A stretch of DNA of 56,602 nt from Paraspadella gotoi. Lineage: Eukaryota > Animalia > Chaetognatha. Under the pieces are notes generated by a model, which saw only the letters and a list, made by a program, of their open reading frames with translations, did not search any database and was not told the DNA's origin. Below are positions 12,322-23,215 of this stretch, piece after piece. The stretch covers positions 5,223,946 to 5,280,547 of the forward strand of contig CM119269.1 of the NCBI GenBank assembly GCA_051294375.1, given 5' to 3'. A program made the translations under genes and the position numbers. Positions within the stretch are counted from its first letter, which is position 1. Every line of letters starts with the position of its first letter.

Positions 12322-14513
12322 AAAAACTTCATTGTGGCAAGTAATAGAAAACTAGAAAACAACTGTCACCCGCATAACCCCCCCCCCGCACCCCAAACGC
12401 TTTTTTCCTTCTCCCCCCCCTTCCGCATAAAAATTCTTCCGCGAGAGATTCTGAAACTGAGGAAATCGTCTCACTCGCTCCCGAGGGAACTTTCACTCTT
12501 TGCCGAAGCTTTTTCCCGCGTTCAAACGCTGACCGCGTTGACTTCCGCCCACTCGGCTCTCTAGCTCGACCACACCCTCCCTCGCCCACGACCCGGTCCG
12601 ACCACGACGTCACGCTGACCCTTGAACGTCACCGTCATGGTGACCATTTATCTCATGGCCAATGGCCACGGGTCTAGCGTCAAACCGGTAATGATCCGGT
12701 CTTTCCTCTTCACGCTGCCGTCGACAATCCTTCAAACTTCGATAAAGCCGTAGCGTCCCAGTCACAAATGTCGGACAACTTGAAATAAATCGCTTTCTAC
12801 TCACTTTTTGTACAAGACTGCTCTCGGCTGCTGCGTGATTGAGAAAATGAGTGAAACGAGGCTTAATCTTGTATAAAATTGTTACAACCAATATAAAAAT
12901 TATCCATTCATATGCGCTATTCGGCGATGTAGCAGCCATTCACGAATCAGCGAGGCGGAGGAGAATTTTCTCGACCAATACAGGGAGAATCTGGTGACGG
13001 TGGGGTTTGGGTGGGGGGGGGGGGGGGAGGAGAGGAGAGTGGTTAAGAGAGAGGGAGTATTAAGAGGTGGATGGACGGAATAGAGTTGAGCTATGTTTTA
13101 TTATCTNNNNNNNNNNNNNNNNNNNNNNNNNNNNNNNNNNNNNNNNNNNNNNNNNNNNNNNNNNNNNNNNNNNNNNNNNNNNNNNNNNNNNNNNNNNNNN
13201 NNNNNNNNNNNNNNNNNNNNNNNNNNNNNNNNNNNNNNNNNNNNNNNNNNNNNNNNNNNNNNNNNNNNNNNNNNNNNNNNNNNNNNNNNNNNNNNNNNNN
13301 NNNNNNNNNNNNNNNNNNNNNNNNNNNNNNNNNNNNNNNNNNNNNNNNNNNNNNNNNNNNNNNNNNNNNNNNNNNNNNNNNNNNNNNNNNNNNNNNNNNN
13401 NNNNNNNNNNNNNNNNNNCCGCCGAGAAGGCGCACTTTGGCGGCAACTACGACATCAACACTCACGAGGTGAATACGTGTCAAGTTGAAAATAATGAAGT
13501 GCAATTAGTGTGAAAAATCTTACGTAGATTTTATATCTAAAGGGCTAATTAAGTCAAGTAGTTTTAAATTTGAGGTTGGCCTTGGTGGTATGTAATATTT
13601 TATTTTAGCCCAATGAGGTACATAGTACTATTAGTTTAAGCTCGAATTATATGTTACTTCATACGGTTAATACATACTCCGAAAAAAAAAAGTCTTTCGC
13701 AGACGAGTTTTCATAAAAAATATTCGATTTTTTTTATCCAATAACACATCCCATCTTCTTCTGTAAAAAAGTTCATTGCTCTGGCAAAGATGTCATGAAC
13801 TCTTCCGGTTTCTCACGCTCTCTCACAGNNNNNNNNNNNNNNNNNNNNNNNNNNNNNNNNNNNNNNNNNNNNNNNNNNNNNNNNNNNNNNNNNNNNNNNN
13901 NNNNNNNNNNNNNNNNNNNNNNNNNNNNNNNNNNNNNNNNNNNNNNNNNNNNNNNNNNNNNNNNNNNNNNNNNNNNNNNNNNNNNNNNNNNNNNNNNNNN
14001 NNNNNNNNNNNNNNNNNNNNNNNNNNNNNNNNNNNNNNNNNNNNNNNNNNNNNNNNNNNNNNNNNNNNNNNNNNNNNNNNNNNNNNNNNNNNNNNNNNNN
14101 NNNNNNNNNNNNNNNNNNNNNNNNNNNNNGCTTGTGACAGCAGATGTAAAGACGAGGTTGTATAATATGAGTTTTTTTATATTTTTTTCAAGCATCGTCT
14201 TTGACGGTTTACATATTATTTCTCTCATCCTCTCTTTCTTTTTCATTCCCATTCCCAGCGTTTGACGGACCGCTTGGCGGCGGCGGACGTCCTCCGCACG
14301 GAAGTCGACGCCCTCGCCGACCGCTTCCCTTCCATCGCCCGCGTCGACATCCTCGTCGACTTAATGAGCAACGACGCCAACCGGAAGTACGCTGCGCTGC
14401 CCGAGCGGCTCGTCGGCGTCCTCGACGGGGTCGTCGGCTACGTTGGCGACGTTGGACCTTACGGATATCGGGTCCACGAGGTGGAGGAGTGGCTCGAAGG
14501 GTTGGAGAAGTAG
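7717..14513 (+). CDS. DIO: Iodothyronine deiodinase selenoprotein, 5 exons: 7717-7845, 8004-8060, 10654-10904, (gap)-13468, 14259-14513; about 270 aa; UGA-Sec at 10876-10878
   Basis: GT-AG exons join in phase into a protein colinear with vertebrate DIO1: N-terminal hydrophobic anchor, DWGRNFF, GGAAPD, RPLVLNFGSCT*PPYM, YDINTH, DRLAAA, LVDLMSN, YAALPERL, GPYGY. The symbol is at family level; DIO1/2/3 orthology is not assigned. Confidence 0.93.
8004..8060 (+). CDS. DIO: Deiodinase exon 2 (VQRRVLETRMEHRPKRMWK)
   Basis: Acceptor tcttccag|, donor AAG|gttagt; phase 0-0 links exons 1 and 3; resembles the DIO1 RVKRNIL segment. Confidence 0.78.
8116..8156 (+). repeat. (TA)n microsatellite
   Basis: Direct. 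Confidence 0.9.
8627..8730. repeat. Imperfect inverted repeat (hairpin) in deiodinase intron 2
   Basis: Perfect 16-bp arms gctttatgaggttaac (8656-8671) and gttaacctcataaagc (8688-8703), extending imperfectly to about 100 nt. Confidence 0.75.
10654..10904 (+). CDS. DIO: Deiodinase exon 3, catalytic centre with Sec codon (DIREQKDWGRNFF...RPLVLNFGSCT-U-PPYMAELER)
   Basis: Acceptor cttacccag|, donor AG|gtaagt. The ORF-track ORF 10549-10878 stops at TGA, but the deiodinase motif continues in frame after it (CCC CCG TAT ATG). Confidence 0.95.
12935..13106 (-). repeat. Small inverted fragment carrying the acceptor and 5' end of deiodinase exon 4
   Basis: Reverse complement: ccgtcaccag|attctccctgtattggtcgagaaaattctcctcc...gctgattcgtgaatgg (approx. 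FSLLVEKFSS.ADFVM with indels); same orientation as 16700-16866. Confidence 0.65.
13419..13468 (+). CDS. DIO: Deiodinase exon 4, 3' part (PAEKAHFGGNYDINTHE); 5' part in N gap 13107-13418
   Basis: Aligns to DIO1 AFKNNMDIRNHQ; donor GAG|gtgaat; phase 0 into exon 5. Confidence 0.85.
14259..14513 (+). CDS. DIO: Deiodinase exon 5 (RLTDRLAAADVL...YAALPERL...GPYGYRVHEVEEWLEGLEK*)
   Basis: Acceptor attcccag|, conserved deiodinase C-terminal motifs, TAG at 14511-14513. Confidence 0.95.
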   Translation, partial: RLTDRLAAADVLRTEVDALADRFPSIARVDILVDLMSNDANRKYAALPERLVGVLDGVVGYVGDVGPYGYRVHEVEEWLEGLEK

Positions 14514-14981
14514 GAGCGGGAAGGACGTGGATGGAAACGGGTGGAGCGTTCGCGAGAGGCTGCGGGATTGACGGGATAGTTGGGTGGAGTTGAGCAATTT
14601 CTAATTTTCGAAGTGGACCAACTCCAGATCGAAATGATAAATCGTTAAAAATCTAATCAGTTTTTGGTTTGTTAATTTGTTTTGNNNNNNNNNNTTTGTT
14701 TTTTTTTTTCAAATTATCACCACTTTTTTCGACGGAATTACGTGTAAAATTTGTTTATTTAATAGCCATAATCGATTTGGATAAATTAGTTAATTTCGGT
14801 AATTCAAATCTAACGCGATTTATTTCATAATTTATCCACTTTTCTCTCAGCTTTTTTCTCTCTTCTTTTCCTCGGGAATTTTTGCCCCGAACTTCTAGTG
14901 TCCTCATCCTTTATTGATATCGACCTCTTCAAAATGAGTATAAGTCTCTCTTCTTCNNNNNNNNNNNNNNNNNNNNNNNNN

Positions 14982-17590
14982 ACAAAAACAATGAGGGAAG
15001 ATAGATAGGAAAACAGCAGAAGAGGAAAATGAGGAGTGAGATCAAAGAGAGAAGGTTGAAGAGTAAAAGAAGGAGAGAAGAGAAGAAGAAGAGAAGAAGA
15101 AGAAAGAAGAAGAAGAAGAAAAGAGAGACTTTTACTCATTTGAAGAGGTCCGATATCAATAAAGGATGAGGACCACTAGAAGTTTCGGGCAAAAAATCCC
15201 GGAAAAAAAGAGAGAAAAAACTAGAGAAAAGATTAAAATTTATGAAATAAATCGCGTTAGATTTGTAATACCGAAATTAACTAATTATCCAAATCGAATT
15301 TATGCTATTAAATAACAAATATATTACACTAATTCCGTCGAAAAATGGTTGATAATTTGAAAAAAAACAAAAAAACAAAACAAAACAAATTAACAAACCA
15401 AAAACTGATTACGATTTTTAACATTTATCATTTCGATTCTGGAGTTTGGTCCACCTTCGAAAATTTAAATTGAGCTCAACTCCACCCACTTCCCGTTCAA
15501 TCCGCAGCCTTCTCGCGAACGCTCCACCCGTTTCCATCCACGTCCTTCCCGCTTCCTACTTCCTCCAACCCTTCGAGCCAACTCCTCCACCTCGTGACCG
15601 AATCCTAAGTCCAATCGTCGCCTACCGTAGCCGGACGACCCGTCGAGACGCCGACGAGCCGCTCGGGCAGCGCAGCCGTACTCCGGTGGCTGTCGTTGCT
15701 CATCTAAGTCGACGAGGATGTCGACGCGGCGATGGAGGGAAGCGTCGGCGAGGGCGTCGACTTCCGTGCCGGAGGAACGTCCGCCGCCGCCAAGCGGCTC
15801 CGTCAAACCGCTGGGAATGGAAAGGAAGAAAAGTAAGACAATGAAAAACTATAAGGAAAAAGAGAGAGAGATGCAGAGAAATAATATGTTAAAACCGTCC
15901 AAAAGAACGATGCTTGAAAAAAAATATAAAAAAACTCATATTATACAACCTCGTCTTTAACATCTGCTGTCACATTGGCAGACTTTTACAGATTTTTTCG
16001 ATCTAACACTTGAGAGAGAGAGAGCAGAGAGAGAGGAGAGAGAGAGAGAGACTAAGAAGGAGAGGAGAGAGAAAGAGAGAGAGAGGAGAGAGAGAAGAGA
16101 AGAGAGAGAGTCTTCTCACTCTCTCCTCATTCGCAAGGAAGCAGGCGGACATCTTGAGTCTCGAAAAATCCGGAGACGCCAGATGTCGCATAAGACAAGA
16201 ATCCTTGAGAGTGAGGATTGAGAGAGAAGAGGTGAGTGGAGGGGCGAGGAAGAGAAGGGGGACCTGTGAGAGAGCTTGAGAAACCGGAAGAGTTCATGAC
16301 ACTTTGCCAGAGCAATTGAACTTTTTACAGAAAGAAGATGGGATGTGTTATTGGATAAAAAAAAGCGAAATTTTTTTGAAAACTCGTCTGCGAAAGACTT
16401 TGCTTTTTTTTTTTCGGGAGTTATGTATAACCGTATGAAGTAACATATAATTCGAGCTTAAACTAATAGTACTATTACCTCTATTGGCTAAAATAAAATA
16501 TTACATCCACCAAGGCCAACCTCAATTTAAAAACTACTTGACCTAATCAACTTAGCCTATTAGGAGCTTTAGATATAAAATCTACGTAAGACTTTTCACA
16601 CAATTGCACTTCATTATTTTCAACTTGACACGTATTCACCTCGTGATGTGTTGAGTCGCAGTTGCCGCCAAAGTGGCGCCTTTCGGCGGGATGCGCCTCG
16701 CGATGTACACCATCACGAAATCACGACGCGAGGAGAATTTCTCGACCCAAAACGAGATCTGTGCGCGGTCGGGTTGGTGGGGCGAGGGGGGAGAGAGAGA
16801 GAGGTTTAAGAGAGAGGGAGATATTAGAGAGAGCGAGGAGAATTGAGTTGAGCTATGTTATTATCTTGTAAGAGGTGATGAGGCCTTAAAACCACCAAAG
16901 CCTGGTCCAAAGTCAGGCAAGATGAGCCTTTTTTTTATAAATGAATGGATGCTTTTTATCTTGGAGTGTACCAACTTTCATACAAGATTTAAGTCCCTCT
17001 GTTTCACTCACTTTTCGACGCAGCAGCGGATCAGCTTTACAAAAAATCGTGAGTAGAAAGATTTTATTTCAAGTGTTCGACATTTTGTGACTGGGGACGC
17101 TAGCTTTATCGAAGTTTGAAGATTGTCGACGGTCAGCGTGAAGAGAAAGACCGGATATACCGGTTGACGCTAGACCCGTGGCCATTGGCCATGAATAAAA
17201 TGGTCACCATGACGTGGACGTTCAAAGGGTCAGCGTGACGTTCGTCCGTCGACCGGGTCGTGGGCAGGGAGGGTGTGTCGAAGCTAGAGAGCCGATGTGG
17301 GCGGCTAAGTCAACGCGGTCAGCGTTTGAAAGCGAAAAGCTTCGCCCAAAGAGTTGAAAGTTCCCTCGTGAGCGAGTGAGGACGATTTTCCTCAGTTTCC
17401 GAATCTCTCGCCGGGAGAATTTATGCAAAGGGGGTTGGAGAAGAAAAAAGCAGTTGGTGCGGGGGGGTTATTGCGGTACAGTGTTTTCTAGTTTCTATGA
17501 CTGGCCAAACAATGATGCTTTTATAGAGAGAGAGAGGAGAGAGAGAGAAGAGAGGAGAGAGAAGAGACGAGAGAGAGAGAGAGAGAGAGA
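14982..17590 (-). repeat. Fold-back inverted duplication of about 12215-14956 (deiodinase intron 3 to 3' UTR)
   Basis: For example ctggcaaagatgtcatgaactcttccgg (13781) vs ccggaagagttcatgacactttgccag (16284); turning point at gap 14957-14981. Confidence 0.85.
15556..16758 (-). pseudogene. Frameshifted inverted copy of deiodinase exon 4 (16640-16758) and exon 5 (15556-15810); probable artefact
   Basis: Reverse complement matches exons 4/5 and the intervening intron with many single-base indels; part of the fold-back block 14982-17590. Confidence 0.75.
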
Positions 17591-17624
17591 GAATGTGATG
17601 AAATTTCCTTTGAGCCGCCAACGG

Positions 17625-17705
17625 CCGAAAATGGTCTCATGATGGAGGTTTTTCCAAAAAGAAATCGAAAAGCCCCCGGATGAATTCTCACCTCCCGTCG
17701 GCTGT
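17625..17705 (+). promoter_or_regulatory. Eukaryotic SECIS element (type I-like) of the deiodinase 3' UTR
   Basis: ATGAT (17639-17643) and GGAT (17678-17681) form the non-Watson-Crick quartet; 11-bp helix GGAGGTTTTTC/GAAAAGCCCCC with one A-C mismatch and one G-U pair; A-rich apical loop CAAAAAGAAATC. The lower helix is ambiguous. Confidence 0.8.
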
Positions 17706-18664
17706 TGTTCGATCTGTGGGGATTTTAAGCAAGATCTCTGTCTCTCTCTTTAGAATCTATCTCTCTGTCCTCCTCTCTCTCTCTCTCTCTCTTCCTCCCT
17801 CCTAATATTTAGGGAGTTTTATGGCATCAATATAAACCTCTTTGTCAATTGTCATTTTAATTCTGCAATAAAGGAGCTAACGTCGTCGCCGTTGCATTAT
17901 CTAACGAAACAGTTCGGAGAATCTATTGTAACTCACTCTCTCTCTTGTACCTCTATTTGACAGCTTGTGTGTGAAGCATCTAACAGAATATGTAGCTACC
18001 AACCCTTAATGACTTCCGTCGGCGCTTCGGAGCACCGACCCTGTTTCAGATCTGCTCGGTCTTGTATCAAATGATGCACTGAACAAATAAATAAACTAGG
18101 CTGGGGCTGAGCAATGGTTAGACAGATCTGTGGTTAAAATTAAATACATTCTTCGCTTCCCAAGGAGAATACAATATAGAGGACAGTCACGGAAAGAAAG
18201 AAAGGCGCCATCAACTTCAAAACGCTAACACTTTTATTCCATCTATATGCATCTATTATACAGATAACTCAAAAGTAGAACACTGTTTAATAGAGAGCGT
18301 TCAAATATAACAAAATATAAGATATTAAATTCCATTCATGATTATTTTACTGTAATAAGGTCTGAAGAATTCGATGGTGATGACCATTTTTTTGTATAAT
18401 TTCATCTTTCTTGTCGGAAATGGCGATTTTTAAAGTATATAAAATGCTAATAAAATAGGGCAAACATTATAAGTGGAGAAGAAAGGAAGGAAAGGCAAAG
18501 AAGAAAGGAGGAAGAAGAAAAATATAAGAGCGAGAGTACGAAAAGAAAGAAGGAGAAAGGAGGAAGGAAAAAGATGACGAAACATAGAAACTCGGAGGGA
18601 AAAAAAGAGGAAAGGAAGATAAGAAGAAGAGTTGTTAAGCAGAAGGAAAAGATGAAAGGATCAA

Positions 18665-18699
<35 letters not shown>

Positions 18700-21169
18700 A
18701 AAAGCATAGAAAATAAAAAAGGAGAAAAGAGAAAAGGGCCAAGGGACGCCGAGAGTGACGCTCGCCCTTACCTGGACGCGGGATTCGAACGTCGATAACG
18801 CTCGGCTTGTCAGGTTCAAATTTAGAGATTTCTTGAGATCCGAAGATGCCGGTTTAGGGTTAAGGGGGGGTGGTGGGGGAGCGGGGAAGAGGGGAAATTT
18901 ATGGAGAGGGGGGGAGAAGGCGAGGCGTTGAAGGTTGCCTCTCGTGATTTTGAGATGATCAGAAGTTAAGGGAGGAGGAAGAGGAATTGATGGATAATGA
19001 AGAGGAGAAGATCGAATAACCGAGATGTCGATAGAATAATCTTGTCAGCCGTCGATCGAATGTCGTATAATTTACTCTCATTTAATTATTCGTATCGGTT
19101 TTACAGGAGAGAAACCCGGTCGAGACTTTGATAACGATTTATGTAAAAGATGTTGTGTGGCGGTATATTCACCAACGCCTCACGTCCACCGTCCTTCAGA
19201 CCACCATTAGCTCAGAAGGGACCGCAATCCAGAAGATGTGTATCCATCCACACTGGGATGGGGATGAGGCATCTCACTTGACTTTGGGGTTCCGCCCTCA
19301 GTGACGCCTCCAGTCACTGGCGCGGACCCTAGGACGGTCTCGCTTTGCAACGCAAAGGGAAGTCTTAGGACGTGTGGAATAGAGAGCGTTTCAAAAGATA
19401 ACAAAATATTAAGATATTTAATTTTCATCATTAATTGTTTAATGTAAATAATCTAAGAAAGAATTCGGATGATTGAATAACCAATTTAATTAAATAGAGA
19501 ATATAAGATTTAATCTTACCTAATAATAACAGCACAAATGGCAGATTATCTGTGAAGCATATAATGATGCAATAATATAAAAAAAAGAGCAGACAAACCT
19601 TGAATAGAAAAAAGATAACGAAAACATAATATTAATATAAAAAAATATTTTATAAAGAGAAATAATTTTAGACAATTAATATAATATATAAAAAACCAAT
19701 AAAAAAATAAAATAAGAGATTAAAGTTTTTTTACAAAATTTAATATAATTTTATTAACAGCTTAGATACTATAATTTATTAATATTAGTAGTTTAAAATA
19801 GGCTAAAGTTGAAAAAATAATATTTTAAAATTAAACCGGATTTGAATTCCTTGAGCAAAAAAGTGATATAAGAAGTAAAATCCATTTTAACAAATTCCTT
19901 TCATTAAGTGTGTTTAAAAATGTTAAAAAACTATGATTTTGTTTAATTATTATTATTTGGCATTAAAATTATAGTTTTTTCTGAAATTCTTGACAAACTT
20001 AATAACATAATTTTTTAATAAAAATTATTTTCTTATATCAAACCCTTTTTTGCAAGGAATGCCCCGAATCCCGGGGAATAAAAAATTTAAAATTTTTTTT
20101 TATTTTCCTCCACCACCTTCCTCCTCCGCCCCTCCCCCACACTTTTCCTCACTTCCACCTACCCACCTTATTATATTACAATCACTCACCCGCTCCACAC
20201 CCGCTATTCTTAATATCTATTAATTAACAACATAAAATATTGCGAAATAAACTTTACTTCAATTAATAAATAAATATTATTGTGTTAATACTATTTATTT
20301 TCTCATTCCATCAACCCACCACTATATTTATTAATAATTATATATAATATTTATATTAATTTATTAGGAAATAATATATGAATTATCAATAAATATATGT
20401 ATTTGCCCTATTTATATTAGCAATTTTATATACATTTTAAAAATCCGCCATTTCCGACAAGAAAGATGAAATTATACAAAAAAAATGAGTCATCACCATC
20501 GAATTCTTCAGACCTATAACAAGTAAAAAATCATGAATTGGAATATTAATATCTATATTTTGTTATATTTGAAACGCTCTCTATTAACAGTGTTCTACTT
20601 TATTGAGTATCTGTATAATAGAGCATATAGTGGAATAAAAAGTAGTTAGCGTTTGAAGTTGATGGCGCCTTTTTTCGTTCCGTGACTGTCTCATATGGTT
20701 TCTCCTTGAGAGCGAAGAATGTATTTAATTTAAACCACAGATCTGTCTAACCATGCTTCAGCCCCAGCCTAGTTTATTTATTTGTTCAGAATTGCCATAT
20801 TGTGATACAAAGGACCGAGCAGAATCTGAAACAGGGTCGGAATGCTCCGAAGCGCCGACGGAGTCATTAAGGATGGGAGCTACATATTCTATAGATGTAT
20901 CACACAAAACTGTTCATAGAAGTACAAGAGAGAGAGTAAATTACAATAGATTCTCGAAACTGTTTCGTTAGATAAGCAAACGGGCGACGACGTTAGCTCC
21001 TTTATGCAGAATTAAAATGACAATTTAGACAAAGAGGTTTATATTGATGCCATAAAACTCCCTAAATATAAGGAGGAGGAAGAGGAAGGAGAGAGAGAGA
21101 GGAGGCAGAGAGATAGATTCTAAAGAGAGAACGAGATTCTTGCTTAAATCCCCACAGATCGAACAAACA

Positions 21170-21250
21170 GCCGACGGAGGTGAGAATTCATCCGGGGCTT
21201 TCGATTCTTTTTTGAAAAACCTCCATTCATGAGACCATTTTCGGCGTTGC
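21170..21250 (-). promoter_or_regulatory. Second (inverted) copy of the SECIS element
   Basis: Reverse complement reads ctcATGAatggaggtttttcAAAAAAgaatcgaaagcccCGGATgaattc; lies about 820 nt downstream of the stop of the inverted exon-5 copy (22048) in gap-free sequence. Confidence 0.7.
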
Positions 21251-21305
21251 GGCTCAAAGGAAATCTCATCACAGCATTCTCTCTTCTTCTCTCTCTTCTC
21301 CTCTT

Positions 21306-21352
<47 letters not shown>

Positions 21353-22047
21353 ATCTCTCTCTCTCTCTCTCTATCTCTCTACTCTCTCTCTCTTTCTCTC
21401 CTCTCTCATGAGGTATGAAGAGCAAACAATGAGGGGAAAGATAGATAGGAAACAGAGGAAGAGGAAAATGAGAGTAGATCAAAAGAGAAGAAGAGTAAAA
21501 GAAGGAAGAGGAAGAAGAAGAAGAAGAAGAAGGAAGAAGAAGAAGAAGAGAAGAAGAAGGAAGAAGGAGAAGAAGAAGCAAGAAGAAGAAGAAGGAGAAT
21601 TACTCATTTTTAAGAGGTCGATATCAATAAAGATGAGGACACTAGAAGTTCGGGGGCAAAAAATTTCCCCGAGGAAAAGAAGAAAGAAAAAAAGCTGATA
21701 GAAAAGTGGATAAATTATTGAAATAAAATCGCGTTAGATTTGATTACCGAAAATTTAACTAATTATCCAAATCATTATGGCTATTAAATAAACAAATTTT
21801 TACACGTTAATTCCGTCGAAAAAAGTGTGATAATTTGAAAAAAAAAACCAAAAAAAAAAAAACAAAACAAATTAACAAACCAAAAACTGATTTAGATTTT
21901 TAACATTTATCATTTTCGATCTGGAGTTGTCCACTTCGAAATTAGAAAATATGCATACACTCCACCCAACTATCCCGTCATCCGACAAGCCTCTACGAAC
22001 GAACGCTCACACCCGTTTCCAAACAACACAATCCATAAACCACGCTC

Positions 22048-22500
22048 CTACTTCTCCAACCCTTCGAAGCCACTCCTCCACCTCGTGGACCCGATATTTC
22101 CGTAAGGTCCAACTCGCCAACCGTATGCCGAACGACCCCGTCGAGGACGCCGCGAGCCGCTTCCGGAGGCAGCGAAGCGTACTTCCGGTTGGCGTCGTTT
22201 GCGCTCATTAAGTCGACGAGATGTCGACGCCGGGCATGAAGGGAAAGCGGTCGGCACGCGAGGAGCGTAGACCTCCGTGCGGAGGACGTCCGCCGCCCGC
22301 ACAAGCCGCGATACACAGATAACAAACGATAAGAGAATAAGGATAGAGAAAAAAGAAAGAGGATGAGGGAAATTAATAATGTAACACAGTCGACGATAGA
22401 CTTGAAAAAAAATATAAATCTTTACAACCTCAGTACTATTACATCTTGCTGTCACCGACAGACTTTTAAACGATTTTATCATCTAACGACTTGAGAGCGA

Positions 22501-22552
<52 letters not shown>

Positions 22553-23215
22553 CTCACTCTCTCTCATTCGCAAGGGAGCGAAGCGGACATCTTGAAGTCT
22601 TCGGGAAAAATCCGGGACGCCAGATTGTCGCAAAGACAAGAATCCTTGAGAGTGGGATGTGAGAGAGAAAGGTGAAGTGGGAGGGGGGAGGAAAGTGAAG
22701 AAGGGGGGCGACTGTTGAGGAGAGCGTGAGAAACCGGAAGAGTTTCATGGACATCTTTGCCAGAGCAATGAACTTTTTATACAGAAGAAGATGGGATGTG
22801 TTATGGATAAAAAAAATCGAAATTATTTATGAAAAACTCGTTCTGCGAAAAGACTTTTTTTTTCGGAGTATGTAATTAACCCGATATGAAAGAATAACAT
22901 AAATTCCGAGCTAAACTATAAAGTACTAATGATACCTCTTGGGCTAAAATAAATATTACGATACACCCAAGGCCAACTCAAATTCTACTAGCTTTATAGC
23001 CCTATATATATAATCACGTAAGATTATTTCACACTATATGCATTCATATTTACAAATTGACGATAATTCACCTCGTGAGTGTTGATGAATCTAGTATGCG
23101 CCAAAGTGCCGGCCCTTTCTCGGCAGGGATGCAGACCCCGAAGACGATGTACACCATCACGAAAATTCCCAGCGACGGACGGAGATTTCTCGGACCAAAT
23201 CGAAGAGAACTTAAG
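22048..23215 (-). pseudogene. Second frameshifted inverted copy of deiodinase exons 4-5; probable artefact
   Basis: ORF track shows fragments AADVLRTEV, LVDLMSANDANRKYASLP, FVMVYI and EGLEK spread over different frames. Confidence 0.75.

Larger units (their letters stand above)
17590..21290. repeat. Fold-back palindrome centred near 19950 (17590-18470 inverted at 20390-21290)
   Basis: acagatctgtggttaaa (18122) vs tttaaaccacagatctgt (20729); innermost arms aaaaaactatgattt / aaaattatagtttttt flank position 19950. Confidence 0.8.

Noticed and set aside
13060-14265. ORFs containing long X runs
   Set aside because: They span N gaps; only the deiodinase exon fragments within them are meaningful
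18008-18052. Second ATGA...AGAT hairpin downstream of the SECIS (gtcggcgcttcggagcaccgac)
   Set aside because: No unpaired AA at the expected distance and no helix directly above the core; not a SECIS
18771-18900. Minus-strand exon-like segment ending CAG|gtaagg (..NLTSRALSTFESRVQ)
   Set aside because: Good donor, but no acceptor or partner exon could be established
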